A stretch of 64,000 nt of DNA from Spirochaetia bacterium. Lineage in GTDB: Bacteria > Spirochaetota > Spirochaetia > DSM-2461. Below the pieces are notes generated by a model. The model did no database searches and was not told where the DNA came from. It saw only the letters and a list, made by a program, of their open reading frames with translations. Each line of letters begins with the position of its first letter. The first letter of the stretch is position 1. The position numbers and the translations under genes are program-made. Below are positions 1-8,851 of the stretch, one piece after another. The stretch spans positions 3,168,001 to 3,232,000 of the forward strand of contig OY764216.1 in assembly GCA_963668315.1 (NCBI GenBank). Reading direction: 5' to 3'.

Positions 1-1346
1 CGGCCGGTCTCTCCTGTGCCTATTATCTTTCCCTTGACGGATATAGTGTTACGGTTTTCGAAAAAGAGAGCCGTCTGGGAGGAATGCTGACTCTGGGACT
101 TCCTAATTTCCGTCTGGAAAAGGATGTGGTGGAAGCAGAGATCGATATAATCCGGGAGATGGGCGTTGAGTTCAAAACGGGCGTGGAAGTCGGCCGGGAT
201 ATCACTCTCGATGAACTGCGTGTCCTGGGGTATGATGCGTTTTACGTGGCCATCGGTGCCCAGGGCGGCCGGATGATCGGTGTGGAAGGGGAAGAAGCCG
301 AAGGTGTCATGTCGGGAATTGAGTTCCTGCGCCTTATTAATCAGGATCAGACCAGAAAGCTTACCGGTAATACCGTCGTGATAGGCGGAGGCAATGTGGC
401 GATCGATGTCTCCCGGACGGCCGTTAGGGCCGGTGAGGGCGAAGTATTCCAGTTTTGTCTGGAATCGCGGGAGCAGATGCCCGCCCTGGAGGAGGAGATA
501 GCCGAAGCCGAGGAGGAGGGCATCTCTATCAATAACAGCTGGGGCCCCAAAAGGATTATTACGGAGAACGGCAAAGTAAAGACCGTTGAGTTCAAAAAGT
601 GTCTTTCCGTTTTTGACGGGGAAGGAAGATTCAATCCCCGGTATGATGAAGAAGACATATTGAGGGTAGATGCGGATAATGTCCTGCTCTCCGTAGGACA
701 GTCCATTGTCCTGGGCAACCTTCTGGAAGGAACCGCCGTGGAGACAAGACCGAATGGTGCTGTCATCGCCGATGATTTTACATTCCAGACCGGTGAGAAG
801 GATATTTTTGCCGGGGGCGATGTCTATTCCGGTCCCCGCTTCGCCATCGATGCCATAGCCGCGGGAAAACAGGCCGCCATATCCATTCACCGTTTTGTCC
901 AGCCCGGACAGAGCCTGGTTAACGGCCGTGATCGCCGTGTCTACAAGGAGCTTGATAAATCCGCCGCCGTCATTGAGAACTATGACAACACTCCCCGGCA
1001 GCTTCCTGCCCTAAAGGGAGAGGAGAAGGAGCATACATCTCATTTCCGTGATGTCCGGGGCGTGTTCACCGAGGAGCAGCTGAAAAAGGAGACCGAACGC
1101 TGTCTCGGCTGCGGCGCCACTATCGTGGACTCCTATATGTGTGTCGGCTGCGGCCAGTGTACGACCAAATGTAAATTCGACGCCATTTCTCTGGAACGTG
1201 TTTATGACGGGGAAGGGGTGGAATATTTCGATCTGAAGCCGGCTGTGATGAAGCAGATGCTGAAGCGCCAGGGAAAAATCGCCCTGAGAAAGGTAAAAAC
1301 TGCCTTCAAAGGGGACCGAAAATCCGCCGGAAACGGAGTATCCTGA
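1..1346 (+). CDS. FAD/NAD(P)-dependent Fe-S oxidoreductase (GltD-like, C-terminal 4Fe-4S ferredoxin domain); 5' end lies outside the window
   Basis: The frame is open from position 3 (AGLSCAYYL...VFEKE...GGML). Carries GGGNVA and FAGGD motifs and a C-terminal CxGC...CVGCGQCTTKC cluster. Confidence 0.9.
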   Translation, partial: AGLSCAYYLSLDGYSVTVFEKESRLGGMLTLGLPNFRLEKDVVEAEIDIIREMGVEFKTGVEVGRDITLDELRVLGYDAFYVAIGAQGGRMIGVEGEEAEGVMSGIEFLRLINQDQTRKLTGNTVVIGGGNVAIDVSRTAVRAGEGEVFQFCLESREQMPALEEEIAEAEEEGISINNSWGPKRIITENGKVKTVEFKKCLSVFDGEGRFNPRYDEEDILRVDADNVLLSVGQSIVLGNLLEGTAVETRPNGAVIADDFTFQTGEKDIFAGGDVYSGPRFAIDAIAAGKQAAISIHRFVQPGQSLVNGRDRRVYKELDKSAAVIENYDNTPRQLPALKGEEKEHTSHFRDVRGVFTEEQLKKETERCLGCGATIVDSYMCVGCGQCTTKCKFDAISLERVYDGEGVEYFDLKPAVMKQMLKRQGKIALRKVKTAFKGDRKSAGNGVS

Positions 1347-1350
1347 AATT

Positions 1351-1692
1351 ATGCATGAACTGGGAATTGTCATGTACATTGCAGAGACCGTCCAGGAATT
1401 GATGCAGGAGGAGAAGCTCACCGACGTAAGGAAAATTGTCCTTCAGGTCGGTGAACTTTCCTCCGTCATTCCGGGATATCTCCGGGAGTGCTACCCGGCG
1501 GCCGTGGACGGGACGGTCCTTGAGAATACAGCGTTGGAAATAGAAATTATTCCGGCGAACGGTAAATGCAGGGACTGCGGAGAAGTTTATAATGTGGTCG
1601 AAAAGAAACGAATCTGCCCCCAATGCGGAGCTGATCACTGGGAACTGCTCAGCGGGAAGGAATTCAATCTGAAGGAGATACTGGCCTTCTGA
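1351..1692 (+). CDS. hypA: Nickel metallochaperone HypA
   Basis: N-terminal MHE Ni-binding motif, VGELS, two CxxC zinc pairs (CRDC, CPQC), C-terminal GKEF; 113 aa. Confidence 0.93.
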   Translation: MHELGIVMYIAETVQELMQEEKLTDVRKIVLQVGELSSVIPGYLRECYPAAVDGTVLENTALEIEIIPANGKCRDCGEVYNVVEKKRICPQCGADHWELLSGKEFNLKEILAF

Positions 1693-1708
1693 ATCGGGGA
1701 GGCTGTGA

Positions 1709-2341
1709 TCAGGACAATTCCGCCGCCGTGTAGAACCAGTCCCGATCGACAGTCCTCCATTTTGTAAAACCGTATTCAGCGAATTTTATTCGGAAAAAAT
1801 CGTCCCCCGGCAGGATATCCTCCGAAACGGCCCGGTGCTTTTTATGATGAAGATTCAATGACCTCCGGTCCATGGAGTGGGCGATAATCAGCATTCCCCC
1901 CTTTTTCAGGTACCGGGCGGAATTTTTGAAAACCGGCTCAAAATCATCAAAATGGGGAAAGGTATTGTAGATAACGATCTTATCTATGTCATGGTTGAAA
2001 TCGAGAGGTTCAAGATAGGATTGGTGAAAGATCTTCAGAGAAGGGAATTTCCCCCTCAAAATATCAACCATGGCGCCGCATTGTTCAACCGAGTAGAGAT
2101 GGGAGATACCCGCCCGGAGATAATAGGGTATGGCAATGCCCGAACCGGAACCGACATCAATAATTTTGTTTGTACTATATAAAGGGTATAATCGAAATAT
2201 TCTCTCCAGCGCGATGTAATCGGATGTGCGGATTCTGGAATCCCAAATGGGGGCCTTCTGTTCAAAAAACAATTCCTTTGAGCCTGATGATATTTTGTTT
2301 ACTTCTAACGTCTTCATAATCTGTGTGTTGCCTAAAACCAT
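1709..2341 (-). CDS. Class I SAM-dependent methyltransferase (start may be 2317)
   Basis: IIDVGSGSG motif I, FPHF, LKKGGMLII. Confidence 0.85.
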   Translation of the reverse strand: MVLGNTQIMKTLEVNKISSGSKELFFEQKAPIWDSRIRTSDYIALERIFRLYPLYSTNKIIDVGSGSGIAIPYYLRAGISHLYSVEQCGAMVDILRGKFPSLKIFHQSYLEPLDFNHDIDKIVIYNTFPHFDDFEPVFKNSARYLKKGGMLIIAHSMDRRSLNLHHKKHRAVSEDILPGDDFFRIKFAEYGFTKWRTVDRDWFYTAAELS

Positions 2342-2657
2342 ATTGTATAATTATATGGAGGTTTTTATCATACCGTAATTGTTCCGGATTTGCAATAGTC
2401 TCAGACAGAAAGAACGTTCGGATTTTTCCTGTTCTCTCATGTCTTTTCTCTCTCCCTTCCAAAAATTGGAAAGGATTGTATGACGCTCTAGTATTTGTCA
2501 TAAATAAAGAATTTAATGATTTCCTTCTCGCACCGGCAGACCTTCGGCTTATAGGAATCGTCTTGTCTCGAATCCTCTTTTTACCCATTATCAATTAACA
2601 ATATGGTCAGAATGACTAGAACGTGATAAATTGATAAGGTTCTGAGGAGATGAAGTA

Positions 2658-3089
2658 ATGGAAGCCCTACTGAAAAAAGCTTTAGTCTTGTTTTTTTGTC
2701 TAATGGCCCTGTCCCTGTTTGCCAATACGGATGATATCCTTGACGGGATTTACGGGGAGAAAGAGATACCCCTTCTTCAGGGGACTTGGCTGGTCCTGGC
2801 GGGAGCCGGAGTGATAGACGAGTCGACCGACGCGTCGGCGGCCATGGGATACCTGGAGGAGAAGGGATGGGACGCCGATTCCGTTTTAACCCGGGGAAAA
2901 TTTTCCCTGCTGTTGATGGATAATTTTTCACTCCCCCGGGGAGTGATTTACAGACTGACCGGCTGGGAACACTACGCCCTGAGGGATCTTCTTTATCTGA
3001 ATATTCTTTCCGGAACGGCCGATGGGAACAGTCCCGTTTCGGGGTTCGATCTCATCGGCGGCCTGACAAATGTTCTGGAGGAGTTCTGA
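2658..3089 (+). CDS. Secreted hypothetical protein (SLH-like LTRG..F helix)
   Basis: RBS GAGGAG upstream, hydrophobic signal peptide, first gene of a tightly spaced operon. Confidence 0.7.
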   Translation: MEALLKKALVLFFCLMALSLFANTDDILDGIYGEKEIPLLQGTWLVLAGAGVIDESTDASAAMGYLEEKGWDADSVLTRGKFSLLLMDNFSLPRGVIYRLTGWEHYALRDLLYLNILSGTADGNSPVSGFDLIGGLTNVLEEF

Positions 3090-3090
3090 C

Positions 3091-4368
3091 ATGAAAAAAA
3101 TACTTATCCTTTCCCTTTTCATTCTTCTTCCCATGGCGGTGTTTTCCGAAAGCAGAGTTTATGGTACGGTGGAACACTACTTCAATGGCGGAAACAGAGA
3201 CGCCAGCAATCCCTATAATTTCACAAGCTTTGAGCTGGGTGTCGACAGTGACCTTTCGGCGGATCTTTCCTTTCATACCATGGTAGAGGCAGAAATGACC
3301 TGGGTTTTCGATGAAGGTGATTCCCCGGCCGCGGCCAACCTAGCTCTATACGGCTTCAGGTACCATAATTCCTCCCTGACGGTGGATCTGGGCAGGGTTA
3401 ATTTTCAGGATTCCACCGGTTATATCCTTGACCTGAATCTGGACGGTATGAAAATCAACTATGCCCTTACCGATACTCTCTCTCTGAGAGGAGGAGCCGG
3501 ATACAGCGGTATGACCTTTGATCACGCCACCGATCTTGTTAAAACAGAAAATGAGTCCCTCGAAGATGATTTCCTTTCCCCCGAAAGACTTATCGGTTTC
3601 CTGAAAGGAACATACCGCAATGAGGCGGGGTGGGAGGTTAACGCCCACTTCCTCGGTCAGACGAATTTCAACGGCAGCGACGATCCGCTCCTGCTCTGGT
3701 ATGCGGGAGCCTATGCTTCCAAAGCGGCGGGTGATTTTCTCATGAGCCTGGATTATACCTATTCCGGCGGGAAAACGAGCACCGTCTATCTGGGCGACGT
3801 TTATGAAAATGACATGACCGGTCATCTGCTCTACGGGGAGATCGGTTATTACCCCAACAGCCTTCGTAATAGGGGCGTTCGTTTCGTCCTCTCCGGATTG
3901 TATACGAGCGGAGACAGTTACGACGTGCGGGAAGAGAACAGTCCCGGAGCCGTTTCTACGGTAGAACCGGACGGAAAAAGCTCTCTTTTCATACCCATCA
4001 GCCGGACCCTTATCGGCAGTCAGCTGGGAGAGCAGGCGGGAAACCTGGCTTTCGGAAGGATTGAAGGGGGATTTGTCCCCCTGAAGGGACGTTTTGATGA
4101 GAATCTGGTGGGGTTTACTCTGGGCTCTTCCGTGTATATGAGAACGGCCAACGGACCGATTCAGGCCTACGGTCTGAACAGTCTCTCCGACTCTTCCTAT
4201 CTGGGGACGGAGATTAACGGAGAAGTGATATTCCGTCCTTTTTCCGATCTCGGCCTGTCTATCGATAATCAGATCTTCCTCCCCGACACCTCGTCCGACG
4301 GTGCTTTCGCCGGATCGAGGGACGATCTGGAGTATGCCCTGGAAGTGGTTCTTTCCCTTTCTATATAA
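3091..4368 (+). CDS. Probable outer-membrane beta-barrel protein
   Basis: Signal peptide, amphipathic beta-strands rich in Gly and aromatics, terminal strand YALEVVLSLSI, RBS GGAGGAG. Confidence 0.65.
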   Translation: MKKILILSLFILLPMAVFSESRVYGTVEHYFNGGNRDASNPYNFTSFELGVDSDLSADLSFHTMVEAEMTWVFDEGDSPAAANLALYGFRYHNSSLTVDLGRVNFQDSTGYILDLNLDGMKINYALTDTLSLRGGAGYSGMTFDHATDLVKTENESLEDDFLSPERLIGFLKGTYRNEAGWEVNAHFLGQTNFNGSDDPLLLWYAGAYASKAAGDFLMSLDYTYSGGKTSTVYLGDVYENDMTGHLLYGEIGYYPNSLRNRGVRFVLSGLYTSGDSYDVREENSPGAVSTVEPDGKSSLFIPISRTLIGSQLGEQAGNLAFGRIEGGFVPLKGRFDENLVGFTLGSSVYMRTANGPIQAYGLNSLSDSSYLGTEINGEVIFRPFSDLGLSIDNQIFLPDTSSDGAFAGSRDDLEYALEVVLSLSI

Positions 4369-4378
4369 GGAGTTTCCT

Positions 4379-5065
4379 ATGAAAAGCAGATTATTATTCT
4401 TTTTTATATTATTGATGATACCTTCCCTATTTTTGACTGCGCAGGAAGCCGTTCTGGCACGGGTCTCGGGACAGGTGAAAGTTTCCGTCGATTCCGTCAC
4501 CTGGACCGCGGGAGAGCAGGGAACGGTCCTCGAACCGGGTACGGTCATTTCCACCGGATTCAAATCCACCGCCCTTATTAAGACTGCCGACGCCGAGATC
4601 GAGGTGTCCCAGCTTACCCGCTTGACCCTTGAGGAGCTGACCGAGAGGAACAATACAATCCATACGACCCTTTTTCTGAACGGCGGACGCATCAATACCG
4701 AGGTCTCCCGGGAGAAAGTGCGCCATGATTTTACCGTCCGCAGTCCCGTCGCCACCGCTTCGGTGCGGGGTACGGGATTCTCCTTCGACGGGAGAAATCT
4801 TGCCGTACGCCATGGCTCGGTTCTGATTCAGTCGGGAGGGAGATCGGTTCTGACCTACCGGGGGGACCGGGTCTCCGTTTCGGGTAGCGGCATGCCCGAA
4901 AGCCGGGGAAGCGCTATGAAAAGACAGACGGAAGTCACCGCCTTGCTGACCCTGGCCGAAGGGGAAGAGGACGAGACCCCGGTTACGGACGGATCGCCGG
5001 CCCGGGAAAACCTGGCCGATGAGATCAGCAGTGAGCTGGCCGATCTTACCATCACCGTTCAATAG
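4379..5065 (+). CDS. FecR-domain periplasmic protein
   Basis: Signal peptide; ISTG..S.A and FTVRSPVATASVRGTGF (FecR VRGT motif). Confidence 0.85.
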   Translation: MKSRLLFFFILLMIPSLFLTAQEAVLARVSGQVKVSVDSVTWTAGEQGTVLEPGTVISTGFKSTALIKTADAEIEVSQLTRLTLEELTERNNTIHTTLFLNGGRINTEVSREKVRHDFTVRSPVATASVRGTGFSFDGRNLAVRHGSVLIQSGGRSVLTYRGDRVSVSGSGMPESRGSAMKRQTEVTALLTLAEGEEDETPVTDGSPARENLADEISSELADLTITVQ

Positions 5066-5075
5066 GAGGCATACT

Positions 5076-5963
5076 ATGAAAATGAAAATATCCCTTGCGT
5101 TGACAATACTGTCCTTTCTCCTGCTTTTCGCCGGCTGTGAAATGGAGCCCACGGAAAGAACGGGGACCGTCGAGATTAATGTCTCCCGGCCGGAAAGGCT
5201 TTCCGGGACATCGGAATCTCCCTCCAGAGTTATCTCCAGGACAGCCCAGAGTCTGGTCGTCATCGCCTATCCTTCCTATGAAGACAATCTCCCTCTGGAA
5301 ATATATAGCTTTTCCGATTCCTGGGAAGCCGTTGATGCGGTGCTGGCCAATCCCCAGGCAAAAAGCCTTATCCTTGATCTTTCCGCCGACGATACGGCCC
5401 AACTGAGCGGTCTGGAACCGGGGGACTGGACGTTCATCATTCTCTCCTATCCCCTGGTCAAGACAGAAGAGGATCTGAGCAGCTCCGAAACTCTGGATGC
5501 CGGTTCCAGCACCTCCTTCTTCATAGGGAAGAACATTGAAATCCAGGGCGGTTACAACCATATCGATGCCGCTTTGGATCCGAGTGATTATCAGGAGGTT
5601 GACAGTTCGTCCGATCCCTATGGCTACTACTACGGAAATACCTCTCTCTCTCCCGGAGTATCCGGTTTTTTTATATTCACCGGTATGACCACGGGTGAAT
5701 ATAAAATCCAGGATGGAAATTTCGGATATCCGGCGGGGACGGAGATCTATTTCTATGATGATAAGAGCAGGCCGATTCCCTATGTGTATGCCATTGATAT
5801 CACGACTGAGTCGTACTTCTGGACTATGAATATTCCGGCGGGCAGCGAATCTCTTATCATTGAGATTTATAATCCCGATTTAAATCTGATCATTAACGTG
5901 GATCGTTCCCAACTGGGGAACTGGCCCTATAATATATTGACCATAACGGACGGAACCGTATAA
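5076..5963 (+). CDS. Hypothetical lipoprotein
   Basis: RBS AGGAGG; lipobox LLFAG-C. Confidence 0.75.
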   Translation: MKMKISLALTILSFLLLFAGCEMEPTERTGTVEINVSRPERLSGTSESPSRVISRTAQSLVVIAYPSYEDNLPLEIYSFSDSWEAVDAVLANPQAKSLILDLSADDTAQLSGLEPGDWTFIILSYPLVKTEEDLSSSETLDAGSSTSFFIGKNIEIQGGYNHIDAALDPSDYQEVDSSSDPYGYYYGNTSLSPGVSGFFIFTGMTTGEYKIQDGNFGYPAGTEIYFYDDKSRPIPYVYAIDITTESYFWTMNIPAGSESLIIEIYNPDLNLIINVDRSQLGNWPYNILTITDGTV

Positions 5964-5978
5964 GGGGTAAATATTTCC

Positions 5979-8684
5979 ATGGAATTACGGAAAATCAGCT
6001 GGTACCTTTACCCCCTGGCGGGATTTCTTCTTATTTTCGCCTTTTCCCAGACCCGGGCTTTTCAGTTCATGGAGTATCGTATTTTCGACCAGGCCCTGAG
6101 AGTTCTGCCCGCTCCCGCCGAGGACGAAAGAATTCTCCTGTTGGAAATTGACGACCCCTCCATCGCCGAGGCGGGAACCTATCCCCTGGGACGGGACATG
6201 ATCGCCGACGGCACCGTTTTCTTCTGGGAAAACGGGACGGATTACGCCGTTTTCGATTCGGACTACATCGATATCAGCCCCCGGGGTGTGGACGAACGGT
6301 ATCTGAGGGATACCATGCCCTATGAGGTCAGTTCAGCCGTGGGTGAGGTGGAGTCCTTCGGTACCGGCCTGGTGGACGCGTTCCTTTCCGGTCAGATTCC
6401 CCCCGAAGCGGCCGGCGACTATCTGGAGCAGTACCGTGAGTACTCCCGGTCCATGGAAGACCGCATCCTGGAGAGGATGGACCAGGTCGTGATGGATAAG
6501 GACGCCTACTTCGGAGAACGGCTGGCCCTGTACGGCAGGGGGATCATCTCCCTGGGGATCCTGGACGATGTGGATCCCTATGTGACCGACGACCGGCGGG
6601 AGGCGGGGAAACCATTTGCCCTTTCCCCTGTGGATGACAGGGGATGCCCCGTTGAAACCGCCCTGGACATCAGGCCTTCCATCTCCCCGATCAGCAGCCG
6701 TGCCCTGGCCCTGGGATTCACCCGGGTGAATATCGATGAAGACGGCGTCCGCCGGCGCATCAACCTTTTGTACCGCTGGAAGGATTTCTATTTTCCCCAG
6801 CTGGGATTCGCCCTGATCTCCGAACTCCTTCAGCCGGAATCCTATATTCTGACTGACAGAAGCATTATCCTGGAGGGGATGACCGGCCCGGCGGCGGGAG
6901 AGAGAACTTTTCTGACCATTCCCGTGGACGGGGAGGGGAAGATGCTCATAAACTGGCCCCATGCCACTTTTCGGGAGAGCTTCCGCCATCTTTCATTTTA
7001 TAAACTGATTGTCCATGATATTTATGCCGACAGCCTTATGCGTAATCTGGAACAGCTGGAATCCTGGGGCCTTCTGGGAATGTACGGGGGGGACAATCCC
7101 CTGGATCTACTGCGCTATTCACGGGACTATCTGGAGGGGGCCCTCGCCGGTGACGAATCGGCCGAAGGGGAGGAGTACCGGTCCATCCGCGATGCGGCCT
7201 ACCGGGCCGTTGCCGATCTGGCCTCCGGTGATTTCGAGACGGCGGCTCTGGATGAGATCGATTACTATCTGGGACTGCCCGATTTTCCCGAAGCCCAGAA
7301 AGGGGCGCTCGAGGATATGAGAGACGCCCTTCCCCTCCTGATGGATAATCTGGAAGAGCTGTCGGTGGAGATCATGGAGCTGCGGGAGGAAATTCATCAA
7401 TCTCTCAGCAATTCCTATGTCATTATGGGGTACACGGGAGAATCCACCGAAGATATCGGGGTGACTCCCTTCGAGAATCAGTATATGAATATGGGCCTTC
7501 ACGGAGCGGTCGTCAATACGGTGCTCCAGGGGGATTTCCTCGAAGAGGCTCCTTTCGGGATGACCGCCTTTCTCGCTTTTGTACTGACGGCAATCATTAC
7601 GGTCATGCTGCGCCGGAGCAGTCCCGCCCGTTCCATTTACACCGCTTCGTCCCTGGCCCTTATCAGCATCGCCGCCCTGCTGATCTTTTTCCGTCTGACC
7701 GGTATCTGGCCGGGATTTCTCATGCCCCTTTTGAGTCTGTTCGTTACGTCCCTCATTGTGATCATCGTCAAGTTCGTCTACGAGAACCGGGAGAAGGGTT
7801 TTATTAAAAACGCCTTCGGCCAGTATATGTCCACGGAGGTGATTAATTCTATTCTGCGCGATCCCTCCATGCTGCGCCTGGGAGGGGAAGAGAAGGAGCT
7901 GACCGCCGTCTTTACCGATGTGAAAGGGTTTTCCACCATTTCGGAGCAGTTGACTCCCCAGCAGCTGGTCGTGCTCCTGAACCGCTACCTGACCACATTC
8001 AGCGATATCATTCTGGAGCATAGGGGAACGATTGACAAGTTTGAAGGGGATGCGATCATTGCCTTCTTCGGAGCCCCGGCTAATCTGGAGCATCATGCCC
8101 GCGCCGCCGTACTGAGCGCCTTGGACATGAAGAAGGCCGAAAAGTGGCTTAACGTGGAATTTACCGGAGATTCGGGCCTTTCTCCCCAGCCCCTGCTGAC
8201 CCGAATAGGCATGAATACGGGTCCCATGGTGGTAGGCAATATGGGAACGACCCAGAAAATGGATTATACCATCATGGGAAACGCCGTGAACCTGGCCGCC
8301 CGGCTGGAAGGGGTGAACAAGCAGTACGGAACCTGGACTCTCTGCTCCCACTATACCTATGACATGGTCAGAGACGACGTGGTGGCACGCCCTCTGGATA
8401 AAGTCAGGGTTGTGGGCATCAAGGAACCGGTACAGCTCTATGAACTCTGGGAGGAATCGGCCCTGTCCACTCCTGAAATGCGGGAGCAGCTGGCTTTTTT
8501 TGAACGGGCCATGACGCTATTCAACGGGAGGAGCTGGCAAGAGGCGGAAAAGCTTTTCCGAGAGTATGAGTCCCTGTTCCCCGATGATAAAACCGCTTCC
8601 GTTTATATTAAACGCTGTGTCCAATATCAGAAAAATCCCCCCCGGGACAACTGGGACGGGGTCTATAATCTGACCGAAAAATAA
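5979..8684 (+). CDS. CHASE2-domain class III adenylate cyclase
   Basis: N-terminal CHASE2 (IDD.SI, DEDGVRR, TPF...G.HG), three TM helices, FTDVKGFSTISE, IDKFEGD, YTIMGNAVNLAARLE. Confidence 0.93.
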   Translation: MELRKISWYLYPLAGFLLIFAFSQTRAFQFMEYRIFDQALRVLPAPAEDERILLLEIDDPSIAEAGTYPLGRDMIADGTVFFWENGTDYAVFDSDYIDISPRGVDERYLRDTMPYEVSSAVGEVESFGTGLVDAFLSGQIPPEAAGDYLEQYREYSRSMEDRILERMDQVVMDKDAYFGERLALYGRGIISLGILDDVDPYVTDDRREAGKPFALSPVDDRGCPVETALDIRPSISPISSRALALGFTRVNIDEDGVRRRINLLYRWKDFYFPQLGFALISELLQPESYILTDRSIILEGMTGPAAGERTFLTIPVDGEGKMLINWPHATFRESFRHLSFYKLIVHDIYADSLMRNLEQLESWGLLGMYGGDNPLDLLRYSRDYLEGALAGDESAEGEEYRSIRDAAYRAVADLASGDFETAALDEIDYYLGLPDFPEAQKGALEDMRDALPLLMDNLEELSVEIMELREEIHQSLSNSYVIMGYTGESTEDIGVTPFENQYMNMGLHGAVVNTVLQGDFLEEAPFGMTAFLAFVLTAIITVMLRRSSPARSIYTASSLALISIAALLIFFRLTGIWPGFLMPLLSLFVTSLIVIIVKFVYENREKGFIKNAFGQYMSTEVINSILRDPSMLRLGGEEKELTAVFTDVKGFSTISEQLTPQQLVVLLNRYLTTFSDIILEHRGTIDKFEGDAIIAFFGAPANLEHHARAAVLSALDMKKAEKWLNVEFTGDSGLSPQPLLTRIGMNTGPMVVGNMGTTQKMDYTIMGNAVNLAARLEGVNKQYGTWTLCSHYTYDMVRDDVVARPLDKVRVVGIKEPVQLYELWEESALSTPEMREQLAFFERAMTLFNGRSWQEAEKLFREYESLFPDDKTASVYIKRCVQYQKNPPRDNWDGVYNLTEK

Positions 8685-8700
8685 CGGTTTTCCTCCCATG

Positions 8701-8732
8701 CTCCCCGGTCCGTCAGTGAAGGGACCGGGGGG
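8701..8732. terminator. GC-rich hairpin after the cyclase gene (possible terminator or stabiliser)
   Basis: CTCCCCGGTCC...GGACCGGGGGG, an 11-bp stem with one G-U pair. No clear U-tract. Confidence 0.45.
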
Positions 8733-8747
8733 AAAGGAAGATTTTCA

Positions 8748-8801
8748 TTGACAGTTCCGCCTGAGGGGGAGTAGCATATTACCATGCGTGAACGGTAACG
8801 C
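8748..8801 (+). promoter_or_regulatory. Putative sigma70 promoter with a downstream palindromic operator
   Basis: TTGACA (8748) - 18 nt - TAGCAT (8772), followed by the imperfect palindrome GCGTGAACGGTAACGC (8786-8801). Confidence 0.4.
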
Positions 8802-8851
8802 TGAAGTGCATGTATGATCTGCCGCGATTTGTAACTATTTCAGGGGGGATT

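Noticed and set aside
2262..2598. Small ORFs on both strands upstream of the methyltransferase
   Set aside because: No recognisable motifs or convincing RBS; they cannot be supported as CDS.
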